Below, piece by piece: positions 1-10,543 of a DNA stretch of 64,000 nucleotides. Under the pieces are notes generated by a model. It had not been told where the DNA came from and did no database searches. It worked only from the letters and a program-made list of their open reading frames with translations. The DNA is from an uncultured Spirochaetota bacterium. GTDB taxonomy: Bacteria > Spirochaetota > Spirochaetia > SZUA-6 > Fen-1364. The translations under genes were made by a program, and so were the position numbers. Location: contig CAVTHO010000007.1 of NCBI GenBank assembly GCA_963734545.1, positions 96,001 to 160,000 on the forward strand, in the 5' to 3' direction. How positions within the stretch are numbered: the stretch's first letter is position 1; each line of letters begins with the position of its first letter.

Positions 1-560
1 AGCAGCAGCGCGCGCTCGATGGCGATGCCGGCATAGAAGGCGAACTGCGTGATGTAGAACTTCTGGTCCTCGGTGAACGGGATCGGGGAGCCGTGGCCGT
101 CGAGACGGTTGATGAGCTCGAGAACCCCCACCATGTCGTTCTTGCTCGTCCGGATGGGAACGATGAGCATGGAGACCGTTCGATAGGAGGAGATCTGGTC
201 GAAGTAGGGGTTGAATGAGAAGGGAAAGGACGAATCGATACGATACGCATCGTCGATGAGCAGGGGCTTGGAAGTGGAGGCGACGTATCCCGCGATGGAG
301 CTCTCGTTGATGTCGATCTGGTTGTTCGTATAGATGTACTTGTTGGAAAGAAAATCCTTTCTGAAGAGCGAATCGTTCTGCACATAGCTGAACTGCAGCT
401 TCTTCTTCTCCACCAGGAAGATGGACCCGGCGTCGGCCTCGGTCAGCGACCGTGTCTCATAGAGCAGGCTGTCCAGCAGGGTGGCGAGGTCCCTGATGTG
501 GTGGAGCTTCTCCTGCTTTTCGAGGATCATGTTCAGTATGGAGGGATCGTCTCTACGCAT
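1..560 (-). CDS. GAF-domain signalling protein, 5' part only (probably a GAF + HD-GYP phosphodiesterase); runs off the window edge
   Basis: Manual translation MRRDDPSILNMILEKQEKLHHIRDLATLLDSLLYETRSLTEADAGSIFLV...SIAGYVA...YRTVSMLIVP...VLELINR...FTEDQKFYITQFAFYAGIAIERA is a typical GAF domain. The C-terminal domain is outside the window. Confidence 0.75.
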   Translation of the reverse strand, partial: MRRDDPSILNMILEKQEKLHHIRDLATLLDSLLYETRSLTEADAGSIFLVEKKKLQFSYVQNDSLFRKDFLSNKYIYTNNQIDINESSIAGYVASTSKPLLIDDAYRIDSSFPFSFNPYFDQISSYRTVSMLIVPIRTSKNDMVGVLELINRLDGHGSPIPFTEDQKFYITQFAFYAGIAIERALL

Positions 561-653
561 GAGGGGAAGCATAGCGTCTCGCCTTCACTCTGTCACGCGG
601 GCAAATGGTGCCCGACGTTGACACGCCCGGGCGGTTCGCCCTATCGTGAGGCG

Positions 654-2715
654 GTGACAGTCCGCTCGCCCCTGCGGGGCGAACCCGCTCCCGCGCGCCT
701 GCGCGCCACATTCATCCTGACCATATCACTGGCGTACCTGGCCATCGGTTCCCTCACCGTGATTGCTTTTCTCCTGAGCGCGCGCGGCCTGGACTCCGCG
801 TTCGCGGGCAGGTTCGCCGTCACGCAGGCGCTGCTGGAGAAGAACAGGGTGCTCTCCCGCATCGACCGGGAAGTCGCCCTCGCCCTCAAGCTCGCGGATG
901 ACCCGATCGTGATGCGCTGGGCAGCCGCGGAGAACGACCCGCGCGTGCGGTTCCTGGCCATGGAGCAGCTGGAAAGCTACCGGCGGGCGTTCACCGATCA
1001 CAGCTACTTCATCGCCCTTGACGGATCGAAGCACTACTATATCCACAATTCCGCCTCCCCGGAGGACCGGGTCGCGCTCACCACCCTGAGCCCGGACAAT
1101 GCCTCGGACAGGTGGTACTTCGACGCAATGCGCTCGGTGGAAAAGTTCGCTTTGAATGTCGACTATAACCGGCTCGATCCGCGCGGCCAAGGTGTGGATC
1201 AACGCCGTCATCCGTGATGCGCGCGGCGTGAAGATCGGATTCTGCGGCACCGGAATCGACATTACCGATTTTCTCAAGAGCGTGCTCCAGCCGGCGGACA
1301 GCAACGCCCTTACCATCCTGGTGGATGGCGGGGGGGTGATCGCGGCGCACCCGAACGTGGAGTACGTCCTTCGCAACGCGAACGCGAAGGACAACGCGGA
1401 AAAGCTCACGATCTATGCGCTCCTGGCGAGCGCCGCGGAGGGTGAGACTCTCCGCTCCGCGCTGCGGAATCTCGCGGCGGGAAGCAATGAGGTCGTCTCG
1501 CTCCCCCTGACCGTGGAAGGCAGGCGGTACCTGGCGGCTGTCTCTTTTCTTGCGAGTATCGACTGGTACAACATCGTGCTGGTCGACACGGCGCGGGTCC
1601 TGCGCTTCAGGGACCTTCTGCCGCTGGCGTTGACGATCATCGCATCCCTCCTCCTGGTACTCCTGGCGGTTGCGCTCATGCTGAGCCGCGCAGTACTGCG
1701 CCCGCTCTCCGCGCTGGCCTCCGCCTCGCGCGAGATTTCCGAGGGACGCTACGGCGTGCAGCTTCCCGTCACGCGGGCGGACGAGATCGGGCAGCTCACG
1801 CGCGCGTTCAATGCAATGAGCGCCACGGTCAAAGACACGACAGCGGGCCTGGAAACGCGCGTCGAGGAACGCACGCGGGAGCTCACGAGGTCCCACCGCG
1901 CGCTCGAGGAGTCGCAGCGTCTCATCATGGAAAGCCTTGCCTATGCGCAGCGCCTCCAGAACGGCATCCTGCCGGGCAATGACGCGCTGGCGCGCGCGCT
2001 GCCCGACCGCCTCGTGCTCTACCTGCCGCGGGATGTCGTGGGCGGGGATTTCTACCTCGTGCGAAGCTTTCCCGGCCGTCTCGTTGCGGCGGTGCTCGAC
2101 TGCATGGGTCACGGCGTGCCGGGCGCCTTCATGACCATGACGGTCCACGCGGTGCTCAACCACATCCTGGACGCTGTCTGCAATGACGATCCTGCCCGCA
2201 TCATTGCCGAGCTGGACAGGCTTCTCCGTGAGACCCTGCATCGGGAGGAGCCGGACGCGCGGCTCGACAGCGGGCTGGACATCGCGCTCTGCGTGTGCGC
2301 CCCGGAGAGGGGAGCCGCCACGTTCGCCGGCGCGGGCCTCCCTCTTTTCGTGTGGAACGGCCGCGAGGTGACGGAGGTGAAAGGGGACACCCGAAAGGTC
2401 GGGTACCGGCTTCCCGGCACCAGGTCCGCGAACGCGCGGCCGGGCGCTGCCTGGACGAATCATCCGGTCGGGCTCGAAGAAAAAACGGCGCTCTACCTGA
2501 CCACTGACGGTTTTCTTGATCAGGCGGGCGGCGACAGGGGGTTCGGATTCGGGCGCCAGAGGTTCATCGGCATGATCGGCGCGCACGCCGCCTTGCCGAT
2601 GGCGGAGCAGGAGGCGGCGTTCCGATCGGCATTGGGCGCCTATCGGGGAGCCCAGAGCCAGCGGGACGACATCACCGTGCTCGGATTCAGCCCGGGGAAG
2701 GGAGGCATTGCATGA
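654..2715 (+). CDS. siaA: SiaA-like membrane sensor phosphatase (Cache/HAMP + SpoIIE PP2C); +1 frameshift near 1177
   Basis: ORFs 498..1217 and 1156..2715 join at AAC CGG CTC (G) ATC CGC. Has TM segments, HAMP (DEIGQLTRAFN) and PP2C motifs VGGDFY, DCMGHGVPGA, TDGFLDQ, RDDIT. Followed by siaB/C/D. Confidence 0.85.
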
Positions 2716-3254
2716 CGCCGGACCAGCTTTCACGCATCAGAGAGGAGATCACCCGGGAGGGGGTGATGATCTGCTTCAACGGGGCGTTCGTGCACAGCAT
2801 CATTGAAGAGATTGGAAGCGCCCTGCGGCGCTACCTCGAGGAGGAAGAGGAGAAAAGGGGAGCCGCGCTGGACGTGTTCTCGGTGTATATCGAGCAGGCC
2901 CAGAACGTGCGCAACTATCTTGCGCGCAAGCGTTTCTCCGACGTTTCCCACACCAATGCCATCATCGTCATCGGGCGCAACAAGGACGACCGGTATGTCG
3001 TGAGCTCGGGCAACATCGTGGAGACGGGAGACGCGAAGGAGCTTGCGGCACGGCTCGAGGCGGTCAGGGCCCTGGACTCCGATGGGCTGCGCAAGCTCTT
3101 CAAGGCGCGCCTGCGCGCGGAAACGCGGGACAGCAACGGCGGCGCCGGAATGGGTCTCATCGAGATTGCGCGCCGCTGTACGGAGCCCCTCCAGTATGCG
3201 TTTCACGCGGTGGATGAAGGCCACAGCTTCTTCTGCCTGACGGCGGTCGTGTGA
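2712..3254 (+). CDS. siaB: SiaB-family protein kinase
   Basis: VFSVYIEQAQNV, SSGN and GAGMGLIEIARR motifs; ATGA overlap with siaA. Confidence 0.85.
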   Translation: MTPDQLSRIREEITREGVMICFNGAFVHSIIEEIGSALRRYLEEEEEKRGAALDVFSVYIEQAQNVRNYLARKRFSDVSHTNAIIVIGRNKDDRYVVSSGNIVETGDAKELAARLEAVRALDSDGLRKLFKARLRAETRDSNGGAGMGLIEIARRCTEPLQYAFHAVDEGHSFFCLTAVV

Positions 3255-3261
3255 GGGGGGA

Positions 3262-3639
3262 ATGATGGAGCTGAATATCGCACGCACGACCTCGACGCCT
3301 GAAATCCGTTTCGATCCTGTCACCGGTACACTGGCCGTGACCGGCGAGTCCTACCCGGAGAACTCGTTCGATTTCTATGCACCGGTACTGGACTGGCTTG
3401 CCGTCAACCTCGCCATGATGAGCGGCTTGAGGCTCGAGGTATCGGTCACCTACATGAACTCCAGCAGCATCAAGTGCATGCTCGATATCCTGGACGCGCT
3501 GGAAGCGGCTCACGCCCAGGGGAAAGGCGTTTCTGTTGTGTGGAACTACGAAAAAGACAATCCCCGGGCGCTCGACCTTGCCGAGGAGTTTCGATCCGAG
3601 GTCACCATCCCCTTTGTGGTGAACGCAATCGAAAGCTGA
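3262..3639 (+). CDS. siaC: SiaC-family phosphoprotein (DUF1987)
   Basis: TPEIRFD, GESYPEN, FYAPVLDWL, YMNSSSIK, W-Y motifs typical of SiaC. Confidence 0.88.
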   Translation: MMELNIARTTSTPEIRFDPVTGTLAVTGESYPENSFDFYAPVLDWLAVNLAMMSGLRLEVSVTYMNSSSIKCMLDILDALEAAHAQGKGVSVVWNYEKDNPRALDLAEEFRSEVTIPFVVNAIES

Positions 3640-3646
3640 GAGAGAA

Positions 3647-4807
3647 ATGACGGGGCGGTTTCGCGGGACGGAGGATCGGGACGCGGCGACACGCCATGCC
3701 GAGCGGGTGCTCGCGGACACCGGCGCCCGCACCACGGTTCCGGCGCCGGAGTACAAATCGCTGCTGGGAAAGTACCGCGCGCTGCTGGGCAAGTTTCACA
3801 AGGTGATGAGCATCAGCGACGGGTACAGCGCCGAGCTGAAGAGGGTAATGGCGCAACTGGACCAGCTGCGTTCCCTCGCCCTGCCCATCTGCATGTTCTG
3901 CAAGAAGATCCGCGTCGACAATGACTACTGGCAGCAGATCGAAGGCTACTTCGTTTCGCACCTCGACGTTGCCTTCAGCCATGGCATCTGCCCCGACTGC
4001 ATGGAGGAACGGTATGGCTCCCTGATCTCCTCCCCGGAGGTCAAGGCACGGATCGCCGGAGACGTACGCGCCCTCGCGCAGCGCGATGAACCCGGGAAAG
4101 TCCCGGAAGTGGATGAAACGGTCCGCGCGGCGGAAGACATCCTTGCGTACGCGGACGCCTCGCCGGCACGGCTGCGCGGCGGTCTGCGGAAGCTGGTGGA
4201 CCGTTATCGCCGACTTCTGCGGCGCATGGGAAAGATCCTTCTGATCAGCGACGGCTACCAGGCGCGCCTCATGGACCTGAACACCCGCCTGAGCCTGCTC
4301 GCGCACACGGACAGCCTCACCGGGCTCGCCAACCGCCACGCCGCCATGGAGAAGCTCGGGGCGGAGAGGAGCCGCGCCGAGCGCCACGGCGGAGTGTTCT
4401 CGGTCGCGATTGCGGACGTCGACGATTTCAAGAGGGTGAACGACGCGCACGGGCACGAGGCGGGAGACCGGCTGCTCGCTGCCCTGGGGCATGTCCTGCG
4501 TTCCACCATCCGCCGGGAGGACACGTGCGCCCGATGGGGCGGGGAGGAGTTCCTCTTCCTGCTGCCGGAAACAGGCCCGGGTGCGGCGGACAGCCTTGTC
4601 AGGAAGCTCGTTGCGGCCGTGCGGGCGCTCGAAGTCCCCTATCGAAACGCCATCCTGCGTTGCACGCTCAGCGCGGGCTGCGTCTCCTCCCGCCTGGACC
4701 GAAGCGTGGACGACCTTCTGCGGGAGGCCGATGCGGCACTCTATGAGGCAAAACGCCTCGGGAAAGACAGGGTGGTCTCAGCAGCAGGGGGCGCCCCCTC
4801 GGGCTGA
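3647..4807 (+). CDS. siaD: SiaD-like diguanylate cyclase with an inserted Cys-rich domain
   Basis: Two ISDGY stalk motifs, DSLTGLANR, RRED I-site, RWGGEEF active site; CMFC...HGICPDC insert. Confidence 0.85.
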   Translation: MTGRFRGTEDRDAATRHAERVLADTGARTTVPAPEYKSLLGKYRALLGKFHKVMSISDGYSAELKRVMAQLDQLRSLALPICMFCKKIRVDNDYWQQIEGYFVSHLDVAFSHGICPDCMEERYGSLISSPEVKARIAGDVRALAQRDEPGKVPEVDETVRAAEDILAYADASPARLRGGLRKLVDRYRRLLRRMGKILLISDGYQARLMDLNTRLSLLAHTDSLTGLANRHAAMEKLGAERSRAERHGGVFSVAIADVDDFKRVNDAHGHEAGDRLLAALGHVLRSTIRREDTCARWGGEEFLFLLPETGPGAADSLVRKLVAAVRALEVPYRNAILRCTLSAGCVSSRLDRSVDDLLREADAALYEAKRLGKDRVVSAAGGAPSG

Positions 4808-4831
4808 TTGAGAATGCCCCGCGCCCCAGGA

Positions 4832-4853
4832 AATCCGCGGCATACCGCGGCGC
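4832..4853 (+). repeat. REP-like hairpin unit
   Basis: AATCCGCGG-CATA-CCGCGGCGC between convergent genes. Confidence 0.8.
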
Positions 4854-5288
4854 TCAGGCTCCCGGCCGGTCCTGCGCCGTCGGCCTTCCCAGGATGAATC
4901 GGACGGACTCGACCACGAACGCGATCAGGGACACGCCAATGCCGATCGTGAGCAGCACCTTCAGCAGCGTGTTCAGCCAGGCCCCGACCAGGTGAGAGAA
5001 GTCCATCGGAAAGACGATGAAGAACACGATGGCCGACAGCAGCCCGGCCGCGGCGAAAAGCGCCCGCATGAGCGTCTGCAGCCTCGGCGGGTGGGAGAAC
5101 GCAAGGACCAGATTTCCGACTATCTGCACACCGAGTGAAATGTTGGCAGCCCAGAGGATGTCCACCCAGCTCTCCAGAATGACCCCCTGCGTCCACTGCC
5201 TCCAGAGCAGCAGCGTGTTCATGAAGACACAGGCGATGATGTTGAAGATGACCGCGGCGACGAAGTCTCCCGTTTTCTTTTCTTTCAT
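4854..5288 (-). CDS. Hypothetical 4-TM membrane protein
   Basis: [18 protein letters not shown]... with four hydrophobic segments; ATG 6 nt after a TACCAT -10 box. Confidence 0.75.
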   Translation of the reverse strand: MKEKKTGDFVAAVIFNIIACVFMNTLLLWRQWTQGVILESWVDILWAANISLGVQIVGNLVLAFSHPPRLQTLMRALFAAAGLLSAIVFFIVFPMDFSHLVGAWLNTLLKVLLTIGIGVSLIAFVVESVRFILGRPTAQDRPGA

Positions 5289-5384
5289 CCGGCCATGGTA
5301 ATTGCGGCGCCTTCCCAGTGACAAGAGGCCCCTGCGGAAGCCGCGACACTGGACGATCGGGCGAAGTGGTGTACAATCACATGC

Positions 5385-5906
5385 ATGAACAAACAACTTA
5401 CGATCCTGTTGGCGCTTCTTGTCCTGGTGCTCGCACCTTTCGGTCTCTTCGCCGAAAGCTTCGACGCGCTGCTTCCCCTGATGGTCGATCTGCCCGGTTG
5501 GGAAGCGGAGAAGGCGGACGGTGCGGACATGAGCGCTTCCGGCGTGCGCGCCATCACGGCATATCGAAGCTACGCGAGCGGGAAGCGCACGTTCGAGGCC
5601 ACGATCCTGATCGGCATGCAGGCGGCCGCGGCCTGGATGCCCAACTACCAGGAGGGCTACAAGATGGAGACCCCGGAAGGGGTGTTGGAGGTCAAGAAGA
5701 TCAATGGCTTCCTCGTGTTCTACATTTTCGAGCAGGAGGGAGGGTCGGGAGGAATAATCGTTCTGCTCCAGGACGCCAAGAGCAAGGCCGACCTCCAGTC
5801 CGTGTTTTCCGTCTCGTTCGCAGGCCTCTCCCGGGAGGAAGCTCTCCAGATGGCCCAACGCTTCAGCTGGCAGAAAATGAAAGAGCAGGTGGCGAGGATC
5901 AAGTAG
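5385..5906 (+). CDS. Hypothetical exported protein
   Basis: N-terminal signal peptide [23 protein letters not shown]; coding-like composition. Confidence 0.8.
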   Translation: MNKQLTILLALLVLVLAPFGLFAESFDALLPLMVDLPGWEAEKADGADMSASGVRAITAYRSYASGKRTFEATILIGMQAAAAWMPNYQEGYKMETPEGVLEVKKINGFLVFYIFEQEGGSGGIIVLLQDAKSKADLQSVFSVSFAGLSREEALQMAQRFSWQKMKEQVARIK

Positions 5907-6010
5907 GCGGGCTTTCCGCTTCGCGATTCCCGCGTGTCCAATTCCTGTTGGAAACGCTCCGGCAAATTACTATTTTGATGGCAGGAGCGGATAGTGAACA
6001 GGATGCAGAC

Positions 6011-6880
6011 ATGTTGAAGAGCGGGAGTCCCGGCGAGCGATTCCGCCGCGCGCTGGATGAAGAAAGGCCGCTGCAGATTGTGGGCGCTCCCAATGCCCTG
6101 GTGGCGCTCATGGCCGAACGGACCGGCTACCGCGCAATCTACCTCTCCGGCGCGGGGGTGGCAAACCTTTCCTACGGGCTGCCGGACCTCGCGGTCACCA
6201 CGTTGGACAACGTGCTGGAGGATGCCCGGCGTCTCACCGGCGCCGTGAGCCTGCCGCTGCTCGTGGATGTGGACACCGGTTTCGGCGCGGAGCTCATGAT
6301 CGGCCGGACCGTGCGGGAGATGATCCGGGCCGGGGTTGCCGCGATTCACATGGAAGACCAGGTGGCCGACAAGCGCTGCGGCCACCGCCCCGGCAAGGCG
6401 CTCGTGAGTCTGCAGGAGATGGTGGACAGGATCGAGGCTGCCGTCGATGCCCGAAGCGACCCGCGCTTTGTCGTCATGGCGCGCACGGACGCGGTCGCGG
6501 TGGAGGGGACGGAGCAGGCCCTCGAGCGCGCGGTGGCGTATGCCCGGGCAGGGGCCGACATGATTTTCCCGGAAGCGCTCGGTGACCTGGAACAGTACCG
6601 CGCATTCAAGGCGGCGACCGGCCGGCCCGTGCTGGCCAACCTTACCGAGTTCGGTCTCACACCCGCGTTCACCACCGTCGAGCTCGCTTCCGCCGGTGTG
6701 GACATGGCATTGTACCCTCTGTCGGCGAGCCGGGCCATGAACCGGGCCGCGCTTCGGGTGCTGACCGCGATACGGGACCAGGGATCTCAGGCAGAGGTGG
6801 TGCCGGAGATGCAGACCCGCAAAGAGTTGTATGAGCTCCTCGGCTACGAAGAGCTCGAACGGAAGCAAAAACATGGCTGA
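6011..6880 (+). CDS. prpB: 2-methylisocitrate lyase
   Basis: YLSGAG, GLPDL, DVDTGFG, HMEDQ and KRCGH catalytic loop; precedes prpC/prpD. Confidence 0.92.
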   Translation: MLKSGSPGERFRRALDEERPLQIVGAPNALVALMAERTGYRAIYLSGAGVANLSYGLPDLAVTTLDNVLEDARRLTGAVSLPLLVDVDTGFGAELMIGRTVREMIRAGVAAIHMEDQVADKRCGHRPGKALVSLQEMVDRIEAAVDARSDPRFVVMARTDAVAVEGTEQALERAVAYARAGADMIFPEALGDLEQYRAFKAATGRPVLANLTEFGLTPAFTTVELASAGVDMALYPLSASRAMNRAALRVLTAIRDQGSQAEVVPEMQTRKELYELLGYEELERKQKHG

Positions 6881-8028
6881 GGACAGCAAGAATCCGGCGA
6901 CCGAATACGATCGCAAATTCGCGGACGTGAAGAAGGTGGGCGGGCTGGCCGGCATCGTGGCCGCGGACTCGGCCATCTGCACCGTGGGCATCGAGGGCCG
7001 GGGCCTGAGCTACCGGGGCTACTCCATCGAAGACCTTGCCGCTTACGGCAGCTTCGAAGAGGTGGCGTGGCTTCTCCTGCGGGGGGAGCTGCCCACCGTG
7101 GGCGAGCTTGCGGACTACCGCCGCACGCTGCGGACAATGCGCCGGCTCCCCCCGGACCTGGCGCGGCTCCTGGAGCAGATTCCGCCCGGGGACAGCATGA
7201 TGGGCATCCTGCGCACCGCGGTCTCCTTGTTGGGAAACGTGGAGCCGGAGCGCAGGAACGGAGATTCCCTGGCGCTCGCCGACCGGCTGCTGGCCATCCT
7301 GCCGTCCATCGTGCTCGCGCGCGAAGGCAAAGAGCTGCCGGACGGCGAGGAGAGCCTGGCCGGCTATTTCCTGCGCGGCCTGCACGGCCGCTCCGCCCCG
7401 GATGACCTGCGCCGGTGCCTCGATGTCTCTTTGATACTCTACGCGGAGCACGAGTTCAACGCGTCGACCTTCGCCGCGCGCATCATCACCAGCACCCTGT
7501 CCGACGTGCATTCCGCCGTGGCCGGCGCCATCGGCGCCCTGGCCGGACCTCTGCACGGCGGCGCGAACGAAGAGGCAATGAAGCTGATCGAGGCCTACGC
7601 CGATCCCGATGACGCGGAGCGTGGAATCCAGGAACGGCTGGAACGCAAGGAAAAGATCATGGGTTTCGGGCACCGCATCTACACGGTCTCGGATCCCCGC
7701 TCCATCGTCATCAAGAAATGGGCGCTCAGGCTGGCGAGGAGCGAGCGAGCAGAAGAGGCTCTACGCCGTTGCCGAACGGATCGAAAAGGTGATGTGGGAA
7801 GAGAAGAAGCTGTTCCCCAACCTGGACTTCTACAGCGCGCTGGCCTACCGGTTCTGCGGTATCCCGACCGAGCTGTATACGCCGATGTTCGTGCTCGCGC
7901 GCATAAGCGGCTGGATGGCCCACATCATCGAGCAGAGGTCGAACAACAAGCTCATCCGGCCGATCAGCAGGTACACGGGCCCGGATCCCCGGGTGTACGT
8001 CCCACTGGTTGCGGAAGAAAAAGGATGA
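6873..8028 (+). CDS. prpC: 2-methylcitrate synthase; frameshift near 7745
   Basis: [28 protein letters not shown], then FPNLDFY...IRP in the next frame (7609..8028). Confidence 0.9.
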
Positions 8029-9468
8029 GCAGCCCCGACGGGCTGCGGGGAGGCGGGGCCGCAGACATGCTGCTGGCCGATATCGCCGCCTACGTCGTCG
8101 ATTTTCCCATCCTGAGCGAGCCTGCTCTTGACGCCGCCTCCTGGAGCCTGGCGGACAGCCTCGGCTGCGCCATGCTGGCCCTCCAGTTCCCCGAATGCCG
8201 GCGGAGGCTGGGCCCGCTGGTGGAAGGCGCAGACACTGTCACCCGGCTGCCGCGTGCCGGGCACCCGCTTCGAGCTGGACCCTGTGCAGGCCGCGTTCAA
8301 CATCGGCACCATGATCCGATGGCTGGACTACAACGACACCTGGCTTGCGGCGGAGTGGGGTCACCCGTCCGACAACCTCGGCGGCCTGCTTGCCGTCGCG
8401 GACTGGTGGAGCCGAAGGTCCGGGGCAGGGGAGCCGGTCACTCTGCGGCGGCTCCTCGAGGCGCAGATCAAGGCGTACGAGATCCAGGGCATACTGGCCC
8501 TCGAAAACGCCTTCAACCGTGTGGGCCTGGATCACGTCATCCTGGTCAAGGTGGCGACCGCGGCCACGGCGGCGTGGCTGATGGGCGGCGACCGTCAGCG
8601 GATTGTAGATGTCCTTTCCAATGCGTGGATCGACGTCGGTCCGCTGCGCACGTACCGGCACGCGCCGAACACCGGGGCGCGCAAGTCCTGGGCCGCCGGT
8701 GATGCTACCGCCCGCGGGGTGCGCCTTGCCCTCATGGGCATGGCAGGCGAGCCGGGCTACGCCACCGCGCTCTCCGCGCCCCGCTGGGGATTCCAGGAGG
8801 CGGTCTTCGGAGGCCAGCCCCTGCGCGTCGGCAGACCGTTCGGCTCGTACGTGGCGGAGAATATCCTTTTCAAGATCTCGTTCCCTGCCGAGTTCCACGC
8901 CCAGACGGCGGTGGAGGCCGGCCTGGCCCTGCACGGACGGGTGAAGGACAGGCTGGAGCGGATCCGCCGGATACGCATTCGCACGCAGGAGTCGGCAATG
9001 CGGATCATCGACAAGCAGGGTCCCCTGCACAATCCCGCCGACCGCGACCACTGCCTCCAATACGCGGTTGCGGTCGCGCTCATCCACGGTGAGCTGCGCG
9101 CCGAGCACTACGAGGAGGAAGCGTCGCGCGATCCACGAATCGACCGGCTGCGCGCGCGTACGTCAGTGGAGGAGGACCGCCGGTACAGCGCCGACTACCT
9201 GGATCCCGAGAAGCGCTCGATTGCCAACTCTCTCCAGGTCTTTTTCGATGATGGAACCGCGACGGAAGAGGTCGCAGTGGAGTACCCCATCGGCCATCGC
9301 CGGAGACGGGCCGAAGGTCTGCCTCTCCTGTTTTCCAAGCTGCGGGAAAACCTTTCCGGCCAGCTTCCGCCGGATCGAGTCGACGCAATCCTCCGCGTGT
9401 GCGAGGACAGGAAGCGGCTCGAGGAACTGGCTGTGCCCGAGCTGATCGAGCTTTTCCTTCGTGCATGA
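8025..9468 (+). CDS. prpD: 2-methylcitrate dehydratase; +1 frameshift near 8241
   Basis: DSLGCA in the first frame, then [30 protein letters not shown] and [10 protein letters not shown]. Confidence 0.92.
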
Positions 9469-10330
9469 AAAACTGACCGGCCTGATCGAGCTGCTCTCCG
9501 CGCGCGCCGACGAAAGCGGCGACTGGTCCATTTCATCGGAGGAAGTCGCGGATATCCTCGGGATCGATCAGGTCCCCTTCTGGCGGGCCGTCCACGAGAC
9601 CCGGGACCGTATCGCCTTCGCCGATGCGATCGACGGCTGGAGCGCGGACAGCGTGGGCGATCTGGTGACCGTGCTGGAGCGCCTGCTCGGCGCCGGGCCC
9701 GAGGAGACAATGGCCCGGGCCGGCCTTTTCGTGCCGCATCCGCGCGGCATCGAGCTGACGGAAGAGCTCCTGTTCCGCGCGCGGCACCTGTGCGCCGCGC
9801 ACGAGGTGCGCGTGGATGAGCTCGCCGCGATGCTGCGCTACACGGGGACCGTGCGCGGGGCAATCGAGATCTATCTCGATACTCATGTGGATCTCGAGGC
9901 GCTCCTCGACGGCTGCGCCGAGTCTTTCCGGGTTCTGCAGGGGATGCCGGCAGCCGGCCGGGCAACCGCCCGAAGGTACCTTCAGAGAATGTTCGCCCGG
10001 CATGTCCTGGACCGTCGGGCGCTGCTCACCGGCCTCGAGGAAAGACTCAGGCTCGCCGCGGCGCAGCTCGGATTCATCGACGCGGAGGACCGGGCCCGCG
10101 CAGGTGACGAACCTGATTCGGGGGCTCGACAGGGCACCTCCCGGCATGCATGGGCGAGGAAGGTGATGGGTTTCACCGGTCAGGCCGTCACGCCGGACGC
10201 CCTGCGCGCGCGCTATCGCCAGCTGATGATGCGCCACCATCCCGACGTGGATCCCGCAGGCCTGGAACGCTGCAAGGACGTCAACGTCGCATACTCACTT
10301 CTCATCGCCGAGGCCTCTCCGCGGTCTTGA
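9461..10330 (+). CDS. Protein with a C-terminal J (DnaJ) domain
   Basis: C-terminal [18 protein letters not shown]...VNVAYSLL with HPD motif; N-terminal region unrecognised. Confidence 0.75.
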   Translation: MHEKLTGLIELLSARADESGDWSISSEEVADILGIDQVPFWRAVHETRDRIAFADAIDGWSADSVGDLVTVLERLLGAGPEETMARAGLFVPHPRGIELTEELLFRARHLCAAHEVRVDELAAMLRYTGTVRGAIEIYLDTHVDLEALLDGCAESFRVLQGMPAAGRATARRYLQRMFARHVLDRRALLTGLEERLRLAAAQLGFIDAEDRARAGDEPDSGARQGTSRHAWARKVMGFTGQAVTPDALRARYRQLMMRHHPDVDPAGLERCKDVNVAYSLLIAEASPRS

Positions 10331-10543
10331 AATACGGACCCAGTGTAACAAATGTTAAGCTGATTTGTTTTGGTATTTATAAAAGAAGGTCACATTGCAT
10401 AGAAGTGCGGCTGGCGCGCCTATCTTGAAGGCTCGGACGGGGTCCGCGCCCTGGCAAAGAGAGACACATGTACACCCCGTTCTGACACCCCCTCCGCGTC
10501 GCCCCACTCGCCGAGATTGCTGCGAGCCAAGGATGTGGGGTCC

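Noticed and set aside
6873-9468. Programmed frameshifting or pseudogenisation of prpC/prpD and others
   Set aside because: No slippery heptamers were seen, and the window-wide +1 pattern fits an assembly artefact.
10331-10543. Possible riboswitch (e.g. c-di-GMP) upstream of the lipoprotein pair
   Set aside because: Some pairing potential (GGACGGGGT/ACCCCGTTC) and an AT-rich promoter, but no recognisable aptamer consensus.
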